Part shown: piece after piece, positions 12,886 through 26,575 of the stretch
Numbering within the stretch: the stretch's first letter is position 1
How the letters are laid out: each line of letters starts with the position of its first letter
DNA from: Eledone cirrhosa
Taxonomy: Eukaryota
DNA: 64,000 nucleotides
Assembly: GCA_964016885.1 (NCBI GenBank)
Contig: OZ024741.1
Location: 221,526,001-221,590,000, forward strand
Reading direction: 5' to 3'
The notes under the pieces: generated by a model
What the model saw: the letters and a program-made list of their open reading frames with translations, nothing else
Told to the model about the DNA's origin: nothing
The model's database searches: none
Made by a program: the position numbers and the translations under genes

Positions 12886-13781
12886 CGAGGTGGGTCAGAA
12901 AAGTTCCAGGACTGATGTCACAAAAGATTTATTTCAAACCCAAACTTCGCACTAAGAGTTTTCTCTTTCAAAGTAATCCCCCTGGAATCTAATGCACTTT
13001 TCCATTCTTTTCTGCCATGTTTGCATGCACTCCTGGAAGGATTCTTCCGGGATCCTCCGCAGTTCCGTCGTCACAGCCTTTTTGATGTCGTCTACGTCTT
13101 CAAAATGGGTCTCCTCCGGATCGTACTCAAAGATCCATGATTCATCACCGGTGATGACTGTCCCTAGCAAGTCTGGTTTGGTTTCAAGACATTCGAGGAT
13201 ATCCTGACACACTTGCATGCGTCGACCCTTCTGGTCATCATTCAGCAGTTTTGGCACCATTTTTGCGCAGACTTTCCGCATGTCCAAATCTTCAGTGAGA
13301 ATCTTCCAGACGCTGTCCCGATTCATGCCCAGCTCATTTGTCATCAGTCAAACAGTCAGCCGACGATCTCTACGCACCATCTGCTTGATGCGCTCAACGT
13401 TGACCTCAGTCCTGGTTGTTGAGGGCCTTCTGCTCCTGGGGTCATCTTCCACGTCCTCACGTCCTTCTTTAAACCTCTTGCACCACTCAAAAACGCATGA
13501 ACGTGACATCGTCTCATCTCCATACACTTGCTGCAGCAATCCCAGTGCTTCTGACGGAGTTTTCAAGTTTGTTTGTTGCTCTGTACTCATTGCTTAACGA
13601 CCTGAAACAGAGGACATGTATATAAAATTATGAAGAAAAAAGTTTGATCGCTGCAGAGAGCTAAGATTACAGTTACATACTCCAGGGGGATTACTTTGAA
13701 GGAGAAAACTCTTAGTGTGAAGTTTGGGTTTGAAATAAATCTTTTGTGACATCAGTCCTGGAACTTTTCTGACCCACCTCA
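12886..13781 (-). mobile_element. Mariner transposon, internally deleted, ~105-bp TIRs, TA target
   Basis: TIR cgaggtgggtcagaaaagttccagg.../...cttttctgacccacctca flanked by TA; transposase HTH (FEWCKRFKEGREDVEDDPR), CAKMVPKLL, TGDESWIFEYDPE, C-terminal GDYFE. Confidence 0.93.
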
Positions 13782-14222
13782 TATATGTATAAAGACTGGA
13801 CTGGTCACAACACCAAGACCTTTCTATGCATGACAAAGAATAGAGACCAGTGGCATCAGTTAACTACAAAAGTATCTAGCATGACACCTCAATGACTGCT
13901 GCAGGAACATAATGAGGATTTAGGAAGACTTGATAAAACAGATATTTACATGGTTTTCATTTATTTCTAAATATCATTTTTTTTTTTTTACTTAATACAA
14001 ATGTTTATAATTTTCTTCATAATTTCAATATTCATGTTGAGTTTGAAATTAAAAATACTTGTAAAAATACATTGAACTTTTGAGTTCGTGGGTATGTGTT
14101 AAATTCTTACTTTTACAACCAAAGTCTTAAGACTGTGAACAAGATACTTAACAGTTTGCCTTCAGTCTCACAAACTGACAAATATGTTTGTTCTAGTGTA
14201 AATTTGAAGAATGTAATATTTA

Positions 14223-14417
14223 CAGACGTGTCAACTCTCCCCATATGATGGTGAGATTTGTAATAATCTTTGGGGTGGGTGAGAGATGTCTTCTCTTGTG
14301 AAAATGGGTATAGCTTTTGTTATGTAAAATCTCCCCATTTTGCCTCATTTCTCCCCGTTTTGAGACACTTTTTTTCATGGTACACCCTGTTTGGGTTTTT
14401 AGAGGTTGGCATGTCTG
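14223..14417. mobile_element. hAT-like MITE with 6-bp TSD
   Basis: TIRs cagacgtgtcaac / gttggcatgtctg; tattta duplicated on both sides. Confidence 0.65.
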
Positions 14418-15179
14418 TATTTAATAACAGCTTCGAACAGACAAATAGCTGTGAAAATAATGATTCCAACAAAATATATTCAAAATGGATGCAAAACGCA
14501 GAAGAAAATATAATCCCTTTAAATTTTGTTGTAATTTTATTTAAATTCTAATTTACTCTATCTAGAATAGATTAAACTAGAGTTTAAAAATATGTATAAT
14601 TTGCTTTAAATTTTTTTTAAATATGATTTATTTATTATTTTTAATTTGCTTTAACTGTATTTTTAAATAATTTATATTGTATTTTAAATTGCTTAAAATT
14701 GTATTTTAATATACTTTGTATTTTATTTTAATTTGCTTTAAATTGTATTTTAAATAATTTTAAATCACATTTTAATTTAATTTTAAATTATATTTCAATG
14801 TATGTTAAATTGTGTTTTAATTTATTCAAAATTATATTTCATTGTTCTTTGAATTATGTTTTCAGTTTCTTTATATTTATTATCTTTGCATTTAGTTTTA
14901 ATAAATTACATTTCATTTTAATTTAATTTAAATTGCATTTTCATTTCATTTAATGTGAATTGTATTTGAATTTAGTTTATTTTGCATTTAAATTTGCTAA
15001 AATCTTTAATCTAATTTAAAAATGCAATTTATTATAATTTTAATTTTAATTCTATTCCAATTCAGTTGAAATTATATTTTAATTTGCTAATTTGCTTCTG
15101 ACCTTCAGTTTGATATCTATGTTTCCATCTTCTGATCATTGCCAGAGCAGAGGGCTGTCTTTATAATTCACACATCACA

Positions 15180-15470
15180 GAACATGACTAACATTGATAA
15201 TGATAACAGATTTTGGTCCTTTATGTCATTGACATTGAGAAGTTAGCTACAGTAGTGACACAACAGAATTTGGTCATTCATGACAACATTGAGATTAGTT
15301 AACTATAGTAGTGACACAACAGAATTTGGTCCTTCATGCCAATATTAAGATGAGTTAAACATGGGAGTGACATAACAGATTTTGGTCCTTCATGTCTTTG
15401 ACATTGAGATAAGTTAGCTACAGTAGTGACACAACAGAATTTGGTCATTCATGTGAACATTGAGAACTTT
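15180..15470. repeat. Degenerate ~60-bp tandem repeat
   Basis: agtagtgacacaacagaatttggtcattcatg...cattgaga repeated ~5 times. Confidence 0.8.
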
Positions 15471-15691
15471 AAACAACAAAAATGACATCAACAACAATGA
15501 CATCAACAACAATGACAATAGTAGACAACTGCAATACCAACACCAACATAATGTGAAAATCCCATGGGTATAAAGAGATGGCCGTCTCTCAGGTAGGAAC
15601 GATCAGTCTAAAATGGAAACAATATTTTCTGAAAACAGAAACAAACATTTACCTTTAATGTTTATTTGAATCTGAGCTGAAAACTTATATC

Positions 15692-16670
15692 TTATATATA
15701 ATATAAACACATTAGACACACACACTCACACTCACCTATATATAGTTGGTGTTGAAAACTATGATTATGTGTACTCAACCTTAACTTGAAAGTGTTGGAA
15801 GTTATGCCAATATAAGCTTTCATAGTGGAGTTGGTCTTTACATTGCACTTGTACACAATGTCCTTGGTGAGACATTGTGCATTTACTGAGCAGGAGTTAG
15901 GATTATGAAAATTAAAAGGGTACCTCAAACCACTCCATGTGTATCTATTCAACTTGGATAACTTTTAGTTAGCTAAGTTCCTAGCAAATTTATAGCAGCC
16001 AAATATGAGACCTAATTTTATTGCTGTTAAGGATGGGATAGTATTTATGCTGTGTGGGGAAGTGTTTCTGTTGTAGTCTCAAAGAGCATCTGGGTATTGA
16101 AGCAGTGACTGTTAGATTAAAGGAGGGGATATACCAGCTGATGTTCCTGCACCTATTTTTCTAGGAGGAGTGTTAAGATAGGTGATTGTTTTCCTCTAAA
16201 ACCTCTTCTAGTTAGGGCATCATTATAATATTGTGCTGAATTGTTGAATATTTCCTCATAAGCCAAAAGATTAGAGATTCTGAAATATATCTTAGCTAGA
16301 TTCTTGCTAACATTTTGAAGGGGATTAAAGTGTATATTAATGTATTGTGGTGGTTAAGGTTAGGGTTGGCTTTGTAGAAAGGAGAGTAGAGCAAGCTAGC
16401 GAGATCAAAAGTAACATCAAGAAAGTAGGCTCAAGTTAACTTGGTTTGGATTGTGATTTAGAGGCCTAAGTTGTTAGAGAAGGGATAGAGGTTCTTTCTA
16501 AACATATTGTGGTTTGAGGAGTAACCTTGTGTAATGTCAAAAGGCTGTCACCATGTTATAGGCCACTATTAATTCCTGTGGAGAATGTTCCTTTTGTGCA
16601 GGATGTAGAGACCAAGAAGATGACTGAACTCCACTGAATCACTTGTGCCCACACTGACATCAAAAGGAGT
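15692..16670 (-). mobile_element. Degenerate Penelope-like element (RT + GIY-YIG remnant)
   Basis: CSVNAQCLTKDIVYKCNV...AYIGITSNTFKLRLSTHNHSF; upstream [12 protein letters not shown] resembles the RT of the 20303 element. Confidence 0.8.
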
Positions 16671-16681
16671 ACAACACAAAT

Positions 16682-16782
<101 letters not shown>

Positions 16783-17219
16783 CATATATATATGTATATA
16801 TATATATATATATATATGAATATATATACATATATATACATATATACATATGTGTGTGTGTATATATATATATATGTATATATACACACTCACACATAGA
16901 GATATATGATAAATGAGACATATACACCTGCAACAACAACATAAGTACAATATATATATATAGACAGACATCAAATTTTTGCCTATTTCACAACCTTTTT
17001 GCTCCTGCTAAATGCGTCACTGCTGTCATATACCAAGCTGAAAAACAACTGTTTCATGTCCTTTGTTACAGAATAGTGTTCAAACCCCTAGCTTTCTCCT
17101 GAAATAATCAGTAAGTCTCTTTACATTTAAACGTTTGTAGCAAAACACACACCTCACCTCTTCTAACTGCAGCTGTGTGTGTGTTTAGATGTTATGTTCT
17201 ATTTCACCTTGCTACCACT

Positions 17220-17610
17220 GCTCTTCTTCTTCTTCTTCTTCTTCTTCTTCTTCTTCTTCTTCTTCTTCTTCTTCTTCTTCTTCTCCTCCTCCTCCCTCTT
17301 TTCTTCTTCTTTCTCTTTCCTCTCTTCTTCTTCTTCTTCTTCTTCCTCCTCCTCTTTCCTCTCCTCTTCTTCTTCCTCTTTCCTCTCTTCTTCTCTTCTT
17401 CTTCTTCTTCCTCCTCCTCCTCCTCTTTCATCTCCTCTTCTTCTTCTTCTTCTTCTTCTTCTTCTTCTTCTTCTTCTTTCCTCTCTTCTTCTTCTTCTTC
17501 TTCTTCTTCTTCTTCTTCTTCTTCTTCTTCTTCTTCCTCCTCTTTTCTCTCTTCTTCTTCTTCTTCTTCTTCCTCTCCTCCTCCTCTTTCTCCTCCTTCT
17601 CTTCTCTTTC
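17220..17610. repeat. (CTT)n/(CCT)n microsatellite
   Basis: Seen directly. Confidence 0.95.
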
Positions 17611-17924
17611 TATCATCTAGCTTCTCCAAGTTCACTATTTCGTTTGTGCATACTTATATATCTATATACACTCACACGCATGTATATATGTGTGTGTATG
17701 TATGTATATTTGTGTGCGTATGTCTCTGTGTATGTATGTAAATGTATATATACACACACATGTGTATGTGTGTGTGTGAATGTGTTTGAAAATACATCAA
17801 GAAATGAATTGTAAGGTAGGAGTCTACAAGGATGCTCAATGAATTGTTTCTGTATTTCCATGTCACTCTCACTCTCTCTCTCCTTCTCTCTCTCTCTCTA
17901 CCATCCTCTCTCTTTTTCTATATT

Positions 17925-17981
<57 letters not shown>

Positions 17982-18057
17982 CTTTCTCTTTCTCTATCCC
18001 CCTCTCTCTCTATCTATCTATCTATCTCTCGCTCTCTCTCTCTCTATCTATCTATCT

Positions 18058-18128
<71 letters not shown>

Positions 18129-18135
18129 TACATAT

Positions 18136-18237
18136 AATTGGTGTGGGATGCTTAAAGCGTCCGTAAGCCAGAAAAACGATTGTAATATGTATAATAAATT
18201 TTATTCGTCGCAACACCGATTCTCCATTTCTTATGGG

Positions 18238-18240
<3 letters not shown>
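18136..18240 (-). mobile_element. Family B element, internally deleted
   Basis: Tail start tggtgtgggatgctt joined directly to the arm end gccagaaaaacgattgtaatatg. Confidence 0.65.
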
Positions 18241-18284
<44 letters not shown>

Positions 18285-18744
18285 TCTCTCTCTCGCTCTC
18301 TCTCTTTCTCTCTCTCTCTCTCTGTCTATCTCTCTCTCCCTCTCTCTCTCTCTATCTATCTCTCTATCTATCTCTATCTCTCTCGCTCTCTTTCTCTCTC
18401 TCTCTATCTATCTATCTATATATCTATCTATCTCTATATACAGCCTGTACCCTCCTCCTCTCACACCTCTCTTCACATAGATGTCTGTACATGGAGTTCA
18501 CATAAGACAATATGATATGCTTTACTAGTAGTTGTAGCATTTGTAGTATCAGTATTATTAGTAGTAGTTGTAGTAGTAGTAGTGTTACCAGAAGTAGCCC
18601 TCCCCCACCATTGTCACTCCACTGTTACACCAAGGTTACATCAGTGTTACACTAAAGATATGGCTTGGTAACCAAGCGATGAAAATATTTACAAGAACAT
18701 TTCATATATTATTTAATATACAACGCCAATCATATATATATATA

Positions 18745-19140
18745 TCTCATAGAGCAGAGTATGATATCACAGAAAAAAGAGAATCAATGTTGCGACAAAT
18801 GGAATTTATTGGACATATTACAATCGTTTCTCTGGCGACCAGCTCGAGGCACGATCGATGTGATGATCGAACCTGACTCTGAAAATCACAAGGTCCTCAG
18901 ATGCGTCTTGATTCTACGAAGCAGATTTTCCTATGTCGATATACTTCGCCTGTCGATGTAAAAGGACATAGAAAAATCTGCTTCGTAGAATCAAGACGCA
19001 TCTGAGGACCTTGCGATTTTCAGAGTCAGGTTCGATCATCACATCGATCATGCCTCGAGCTGGTCGCCAGAGAAACGATTGTAATATGTCCAATAAATTC
19101 CATTCGTCGCAACATTGATTCTCTTTTTTTCTGTGATATA
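18745..19140 (-). mobile_element. Fold-back element, family B, with hammerheads at 18812-18907 (-) and 18995-19090 (+)
   Basis: Arms ~18762-18937 and ~18966-19140; gacgcat CTGAGGA CCTTGCGA...TCGCCAGA GAAA CGATTG TA atatgtc. Confidence 0.8.
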
Positions 19141-19162
19141 TATATATATATAAAGAAGAATG

Positions 19163-19400
19163 TGAAGGCGCATGACTTAGTGGTTAGACCATTGGGCTTG
19201 CAATCAAAAGGTTGTGAATTCAATTCTCGGACCGGGTGATGTGTTGTTTCCTTGAGCTTTATCTCACGTTGCTCTAGTTTACTCAGCTGTAGAAATGAGA
19301 TGATAGGACTGGGGTCCCTATCATTAAATTACCCAAGACACCTCCAATGAGGTATACCTTGGAGGAGGCCAGTGAAGCCTGCATAGGTGTGAGCTGTGAC
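19163..19400 (+). mobile_element. tRNA-derived SINE (family 2)
   Basis: gcatgacttagtggttag...gtgaattcaattctc; inverted copy at 48730-48965. Confidence 0.75.
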
Positions 19401-19410
19401 ACACATTGTA

Positions 19411-19911
<501 letters not shown>

Positions 19912-19981
19912 TCAGGGCCCTACTCGTTCCTATATATATATGTAAAAGTTCTATTTAAATTGTTGGGATACAACAAGCAAA

Positions 19982-20065
<84 letters not shown>

Positions 20066-20084
20066 TATATACATATATATATAC

Positions 20085-20277
<193 letters not shown>

Positions 20278-20317
20278 CACATACACATATACATGCATAT
20301 ATATATTTATTAAAATA

Positions 20318-20393
20318 ACAGATTAAAGTTTAAGCAAAAAATCGCTGCTTTCACCCTTAACGGGATCTTCTGAAACTAAAAAAATCAATCTGT
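20318..20393 (-). ncRNA. Type I hammerhead ribozyme in pLTR (variant core CAGAAGA)
   Basis: Reverse complement: acagattga..agttt CAGAAGA tCCCgttaaGGGt GAAA GCA..TGC TT aaact ttaatctgt; more decayed + copy at 22989-23064. Confidence 0.6.
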
Positions 20394-20606
20394 GAACGCA
20401 GAAGAAAAAAATTTCGAAAAACGTTGCAACCGAAGGAAAACAGGAAGACGATACTTTGGTTCGTGGAGACGTTCCCTGGCAAAGAACGGAAAAAAAGCAA
20501 AGATAATACGTCATTATGTGGACGATGAGAACAATTACAACCAAAGACAAAACTACGTTTATGGTATAAATGAAGTCGTAGACTAATATACTATTTAGGA
20601 AACCGA

Positions 20607-21954
20607 ATCAATTTACCTCTTCTTCTTAGAGCTATCAATTTCGCTAAAACGCTCACGGTGGTTAAGGATTTCGAAGTTGATGTCATCCTAAATGCCCGTA
20701 AGTCGGTGATTAATTTCGACGACTCTGTTTGGATTAAAAAATCTAATAGTACTCCATTCGACGTGAGTATGGGCGCCAGCGATTCCGCGGAGGTTACTGA
20801 TATTATCGGCATTTTTCTTCTTTTCTCTATCAAGGAAGAATTCCCCAATGTGGGCGGTGGTTTGTACCGTGATGACGGTCTTTTGGCCATGACAAAGTGC
20901 GGCCCACGCGCTTGCGACAGGTTCAGAAAAGAACTCACAGCCTTCTTTAAAGGCTTCAACATCTCCATACAGGTTGTAGCCAACCTCTCGGTCGTTAAAT
21001 ACCTCGAGGTTACCCTCAATTTGTCGAATGGCTTGCACTACTCGTATAGAAATGCAAATGATACGCTTAATTACATAAGTAAGCATTCTAACCATCCTGC
21101 CAGCATAACCAAGAACCTGGTAAGAAACGGTTATTTGAGGCTTTCCCGTCTATCTACAAACGAGCATATTTTCACCGACCATTCCACATATTACAATGAA
21201 GCTCTTGCTCGGAGTGGATTTGTCGATAAGGTAGCATATACTGAGTATGAGCATAGACCTAGGAAAAATAGATCCCGACGCATTATATGGTATAACCCAC
21301 TATATAATATGGAGGTGGCCACACCATTAGCTAAGATCTTTCTCTCCCTTATTAAGAATAATTCCCCCCAGCACATAAATATAATAACATTTTTAATAGA
21401 AATACTATTAAAATGTCTTACTCTACGACTCCTAGCCTTGCACATAACTTCACTGCTTCAAATTTAGCTAAATTACCTAGCCGTAGGAACACGTGCAACC
21501 CTGTAGCTAGTAGTACTAACTGTAACTGTAGGAATCGGGTTGACTGCCCCCTAACCGGAAAATGCCTCTCCAGTAACGTTGTCTACAAATGTAAGTTTGA
21601 AACACCTGTAGGGCCTACATGAGGTTAACCGCCAATAGATTCAAGCAGCGTCTTTACATGCACACCCATTCTTTTCTTAACCCTTTAAGAAGGAATATGA
21701 CGTCACTTTCAGCTTATATCTGGAGTCTAAAAGGCAACCACACCCAATATAGGTTACACTGGGAGATCCTAGCTAAGGCTAGATCGTATAACGGAAATAA
21801 AAGATCATGTGACCTCTGTGCCGCTGAAGCCCTGGAAATACTCTACGCCAATGACCACATCTTAAACAAAAAATCTGAGGCAATTTCGGCTTGTAAACAT
21901 AAATTGCATAAAACTTTCCTGTATTACAGCCCCACATTATACCCTAACGGATAG
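20607..21954 (+). pseudogene. PLE RT-GIY-YIG ORF with two frameshifts (~21365, ~21612)
   Basis: ORFs 20658-21467, 21413-21622 and 21619-21954 join into one PLE protein. Confidence 0.9.
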
Positions 21955-23236
21955 TACGAACAATACGCGGATAATTTACGTCTTGATGTGTTAGCTAAGT
22001 ATAATTTATGTTTAATCCATTACTTATTTGTATAGGTAAGTATATATTGCCTGTATGTTTTGTGAAGGTACGTATACTTTCTCGTACGTATATTTGCTTG
22101 TATTTGTTATAGGTGTATATATTATATTATATATACTGATACATGTGTATATGGTTATGTGTACACGTGTATTTTGCGTTTGTGTGTGTATGCGGGTTTG
22201 CACGTATGTAGGGTGTGTATATGTGTACTTTGAATTTTGTTTGACGTACGTTTAGCAAACATATGTGTATTTACCTGTAGGTATGTGTGTGCGTGCGTTA
22301 TATACGCATTTATGTGTGTATATTTATATAGGTTTATATAATTATATGTATACACGTACACACACAAACTTATATATTTTTTTTAATATATTTTTTATGT
22401 GTATTTGGTGTATGCGTTCGTATGTGTGCGGGTACAGGTGTTGCGCGGGTTTTTGTATGTGTGCGCGTGTTTTCGTGTACGTGCTTGCATATGCATACCA
22501 TGGCGGGTGTTTTCGCGTATGCATGTGTATGTACGTATATAGATGCGTGATTGTATATATTTAATTATTGTTAATTTCAATAATCTCTGTAATTTATTTA
22601 CATTATTCTTAACTCTGAAGCCGAGAATCATTCGGTTTCCTAAATAGTATATTAGTCTACGACTTCATTTATACCATAAACGTGGTTTTGTCTTTGCGTG
22701 TAATTGTTCTCATCGGTCCACATAATGACGGATTATCTTCGCTTTTTTCCGTTCATTGCCAGGGAACGTCTCCACGAACCACCTAAATAGAATATTAGTC
22801 TACGACTTAATTTATACCAGAAACGTGGTTTTTTTCTTTGCGTGTAATTATTCTCACCGTACCAAATAATGACGTATTATCTTCGGTTTTTTTTCGTTCT
22901 TTGCTAGGGAACGTTTCCACGAACCAAAGTATCGTCCTCCTGTTTTACTTCGGTTGCAACATTTTTCGAAATATTTACTTCTGCGTTCACAGATTGATTT
23001 TTTTAGTTTCAGAAGATCCCGTTAAGGGTGAAAGAAGCGATTGTTTGTTTAAATTTTAATCTGTTATTTTAATAAATATTTGCTCTATGGTTCTTATATA
23101 TTTGATATATATTTATCCTTATCGAGCCCTCTTTGGATTTTAGTCTTCAAATTTATTATTATTACTATATATATATATATATAGATATATACACATATAC
23201 ATATATATATGTATATATATATATATTACTATATAC

Positions 23237-23324
<88 letters not shown>

Positions 23325-23327
<3 letters not shown>

Positions 23328-23676
23328 AGAGTATTGGAGTTTGCTTGTGTGGAATAATAAGGTAAATTTCTTTAAGTCGTTTGGAAGCCTCGACAATGCA
23401 GATGGGTAAATCTCCGGGTAACAAGATCCGGTGGTGGAGAGAGAGATGTAAGTGGGTGTACGTTGAGATGCGTGGCGTGTATAAGGCGTGTAGAAGAATG
23501 AAGGAAAGAGCGTAAAGGATAAAAATAAAAATAACAACACGAGAGAGTACCTTGGGAGAGATTTAATTGTCCCTATATATTTCGGATTCACATCCACTTA
23601 CATCTCTCTCTCCACCACCGGATCTTGTTACCCGGAGATTTACCCATCTGCATTGTCGAGGCTTCCAAACGACTTT

Positions 23677-23680
<4 letters not shown>
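23325..23680 (-). mobile_element. Fold-back element, family D
   Basis: Arms ~23373-23460 and ~23590-23680, ~130-bp spacer, tail 23325-23372, between TA tracts. Confidence 0.75.
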
Positions 23681-23751
<71 letters not shown>

Positions 23752-23756
<5 letters not shown>

Positions 23757-24193
23757 ATTAACAAATGGAAACTATATATATAAAACCATATTTATTTCAT
23801 TATACATATTTCAAGGACACCAAGTTAAATTATGGTGTGCTTTCATCAAACAAAATATAATATAGATCAGTTTTATAAATAAATATTGACATACCCTTAA
23901 AAAATGCAACCATTACTGTTGGAAGCTCCCGGAGCTTCCAACAGTAATGGTTGCATTTTTTAAGGGTATGTCAATATTTATTTATAAAACTGATCTATAT
24001 TATATTTTGTTTGATGAAAGCACACCATAATTTAACTTGGTGTCCTTGAAATATGTATAATGAAATAAATATGGTTTTATAAATATAGTTTCCATTTGTT
24101 AATATCATATGTTTACTCCAAATACTTGTTGAGTGCTTTATATCAGTTATAAAAATATTTGCTTGTTGTATCCCAACAATTTAAATAGAACTT

Positions 24194-24197
<4 letters not shown>
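23752..24197 (+). mobile_element. Fold-back element, family C (near-perfect palindrome centred ~23930, tail 24110-24197)
   Basis: ~178-bp arms; hammerhead-like TTGATGA (24011)...GAAA (24048). Confidence 0.85.
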
Positions 24198-24228
<31 letters not shown>

Positions 24229-24231
<3 letters not shown>

Positions 24232-25402
24232 AAAGTTTTATTTAAAATTGTTGGGTTACAACAAGTAAATATTTTATAACTGATATAAAGCACTCGACAA
24301 GTTTTGGAGTAGATATACGATATTAAACAAATGGAAACTATATTTATAAAACCATATTTATTTCATTATACATATTTCGGGGATACCATATTAAAAATAT
24401 GGCATGCCTTCTTTTTATAAATAATTTTGACGTACCATAAATATTGAGCAACCTTTATGTAAGAAGCTGGTTTGGTAGTGAGATGTTTATAAATATTTAG
24501 TGTTAAGCACAGTTAAAAAGAAAGACGGAGAAAAAGAAGAAATGTATGTAAAGAAAAACAGAGAGAAATAGAGAGAGATAGGGGAGAGAGAAATAGTGAG
24601 GAGGTGAAAAAAGAGAGCAGCTGAGGCAACAGATGAATAATAATAATTCATCATACAAATTGAGAGATTTAGGAGGGAGGGAGTACTGTAATTATTTAGT
24701 TATAGTGTTAAGGACAGTTGGGGAGGAGACGGGGAGAAATAAAAAATGAAAAGAAAACAGAGAGAGAGAAAGATAGAGGTGGGGGGAAAAAAGAGGTAGA
24801 CCAAATAATAGTTTCTCTCTTATTTCTCTCTTATTTCTCTCTTATTTCTCTCCTATTTCTCTCACCTCCCCATATATAATTATTATTATTTGGTCTACCT
24901 CTTTTTTCCCCCCACCTCTATCTTTCTCTCTCTCTGTTTTCTCTTCATTTTTTATTTTTTATTTCTCTCCGTCTCCTCCCCAACTGTCCTTAACACTATA
25001 ACTAAATAATTACAGTACTCCCTCCTAAATCTCTCAATTTGTATGATGAATTATTATTATTCATCTGTTGCCTCAGCTGCTCTCTTTTTTCACCTCCTCA
25101 CTATTTCTCTCTCCCCTCTCTCTCTATTTCTCTCTGTTTTTCTTTACATACATTTCTTCTTTTTCTCCGTCTTTCTTTTTAACTGTGCTTAACACTAAAT
25201 ATTTATAAACATCTCACTACCAAACCAGCTTCTTACATAAAGGTTGCTCAATATTTATGGTACGTCAAAATTATTTATAAAACTGTTTATATATTGTATT
25301 TTATCTGAAGAAGGCATGCCATATTTTTAATATGGTATCCCCGAAATATGTATAATGAAATAAATATGGTTTTATAAATATAGTTTCCATTTGTTTAATA
25401 TC

Positions 25403-25405
<3 letters not shown>
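24229..25405 (-). mobile_element. Fold-back element, family C, long form (~500-bp arms)
   Basis: Tail 24229-24312; arms ~24315-24810 and ~24885-25405; CTGAAGA (25305)...GAAA (25343). Confidence 0.85.
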
Positions 25406-25489
<84 letters not shown>

Positions 25490-25582
25490 TATACATACAT
25501 GTACATACAATCATAGAAAATGTTTTTTTAATTGAGTGAAATCTTTGGTTATTCATTTAAAAAATGTGTGTGTATATATATC

Positions 25583-25641
<59 letters not shown>

Positions 25642-26358
25642 ATTCCTTTTCTACCTTCCTCTCTGCCTGTCTATTTTTCAAGCTTCTTGACTCTCTCTTT
25701 CACTTACTTATCTGCCTGTCACTATACCTTCCTATCTATTTTCTATATCCAGTTAGTATTACCTTGATAAGGGAGACATGGGGGACATACCATGCCTATG
25801 TTTTCTATTTTATATTTTCATTTGTTTTTTTTTAAATATCTTAATTATTTTTCAAATGATTAATTAAAACAATGTCTTTTGATTGTTATGTGAATAAATG
25901 CATTTTGGTAGAGTCATTTACGAAATTGTGTCATCATGTATTGTGTGTGAAAAGATTGTTACATGATGTTACAACCAAAGAAAAGTCAACAATGAGAAAC
26001 AGCACAGGAGAACAATGATGATAGACATTATAGGAAAATAGTGATGACGTTTCGGACATTAGTCCTTCATTGTAAGGCAAAACGAGAGAGAAAAATAAAT
26101 AGAAATATAGACGAGAGCAAGAAATAAAAGAAAGGGTATTTCTTCCATGAAGAAAACACATGTGTGGTCAGCTATTTTGGACGATTGATATAATCTAATA
26201 ACATGAAAATATAATGAAAGGTCTATAGGAGAGAATTTTGTTTTGTTCTAGAAGTACATGATTGCCAAATACAAACATGTTTCATGTACTTCTAGAACAT
26301 AGAAAAGTCATCTCCACTTTGTTGATTTATGGCTAGGTCTCATCCAGTTACAGTTTAA

Positions 26359-26575
26359 CCCTTTAGCATTTACATTACTTTATATTTACTATTATATTTT
26401 CGTGATAAACGTTCTACTTCACATAATTACCTCACATAATATCGAATCTATGAGATTTTGATATTTATTTTGAGAACAATACCTTAATATTAATGTGAGC
26501 AGCGGTTATGGCTGGTTTGAATAGAAAAAGGTGAGAGAATTCTGGCCGGATACGACCAGTTTAAATGATAAAGGG
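26359..26575. mobile_element. piggyBac-type MITE
   Basis: TTAA|CCCTTTAGCATTTA...TAAATGATAAAGGG|TTAA; second copy at 34026-34204. Confidence 0.8.

Larger units (their letters stand above)
20303..23160 (+). mobile_element. Penelope-like retroelement (probably Naiad-type), 5'-truncated, with inverted 5' pLTR and partially tandem 3' pLTR plus tail
   Basis: RT FDVSMG..DSAE, GLYRDDGL, YLEVTLNL, WYNP.Y; CNCR...CPLTGKCL; VYKC...YM.LT..FKQR GIY-YIG; CDLC; CKH. 20303-20608 is the reverse complement of the 22630-23079 pLTR unit. Confidence 0.93.

Noticed and set aside
17071-17110. Possible micro-exon bounded by cag and gtaagt
   Set aside because: Stop codons in all three frames
21500-21954. Selenocysteine recoding of the Naiad-like ORF
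   Set aside because: The conserved Cys codons are TGT/TGC; the TGA at 21620-21622 results from a frameshift
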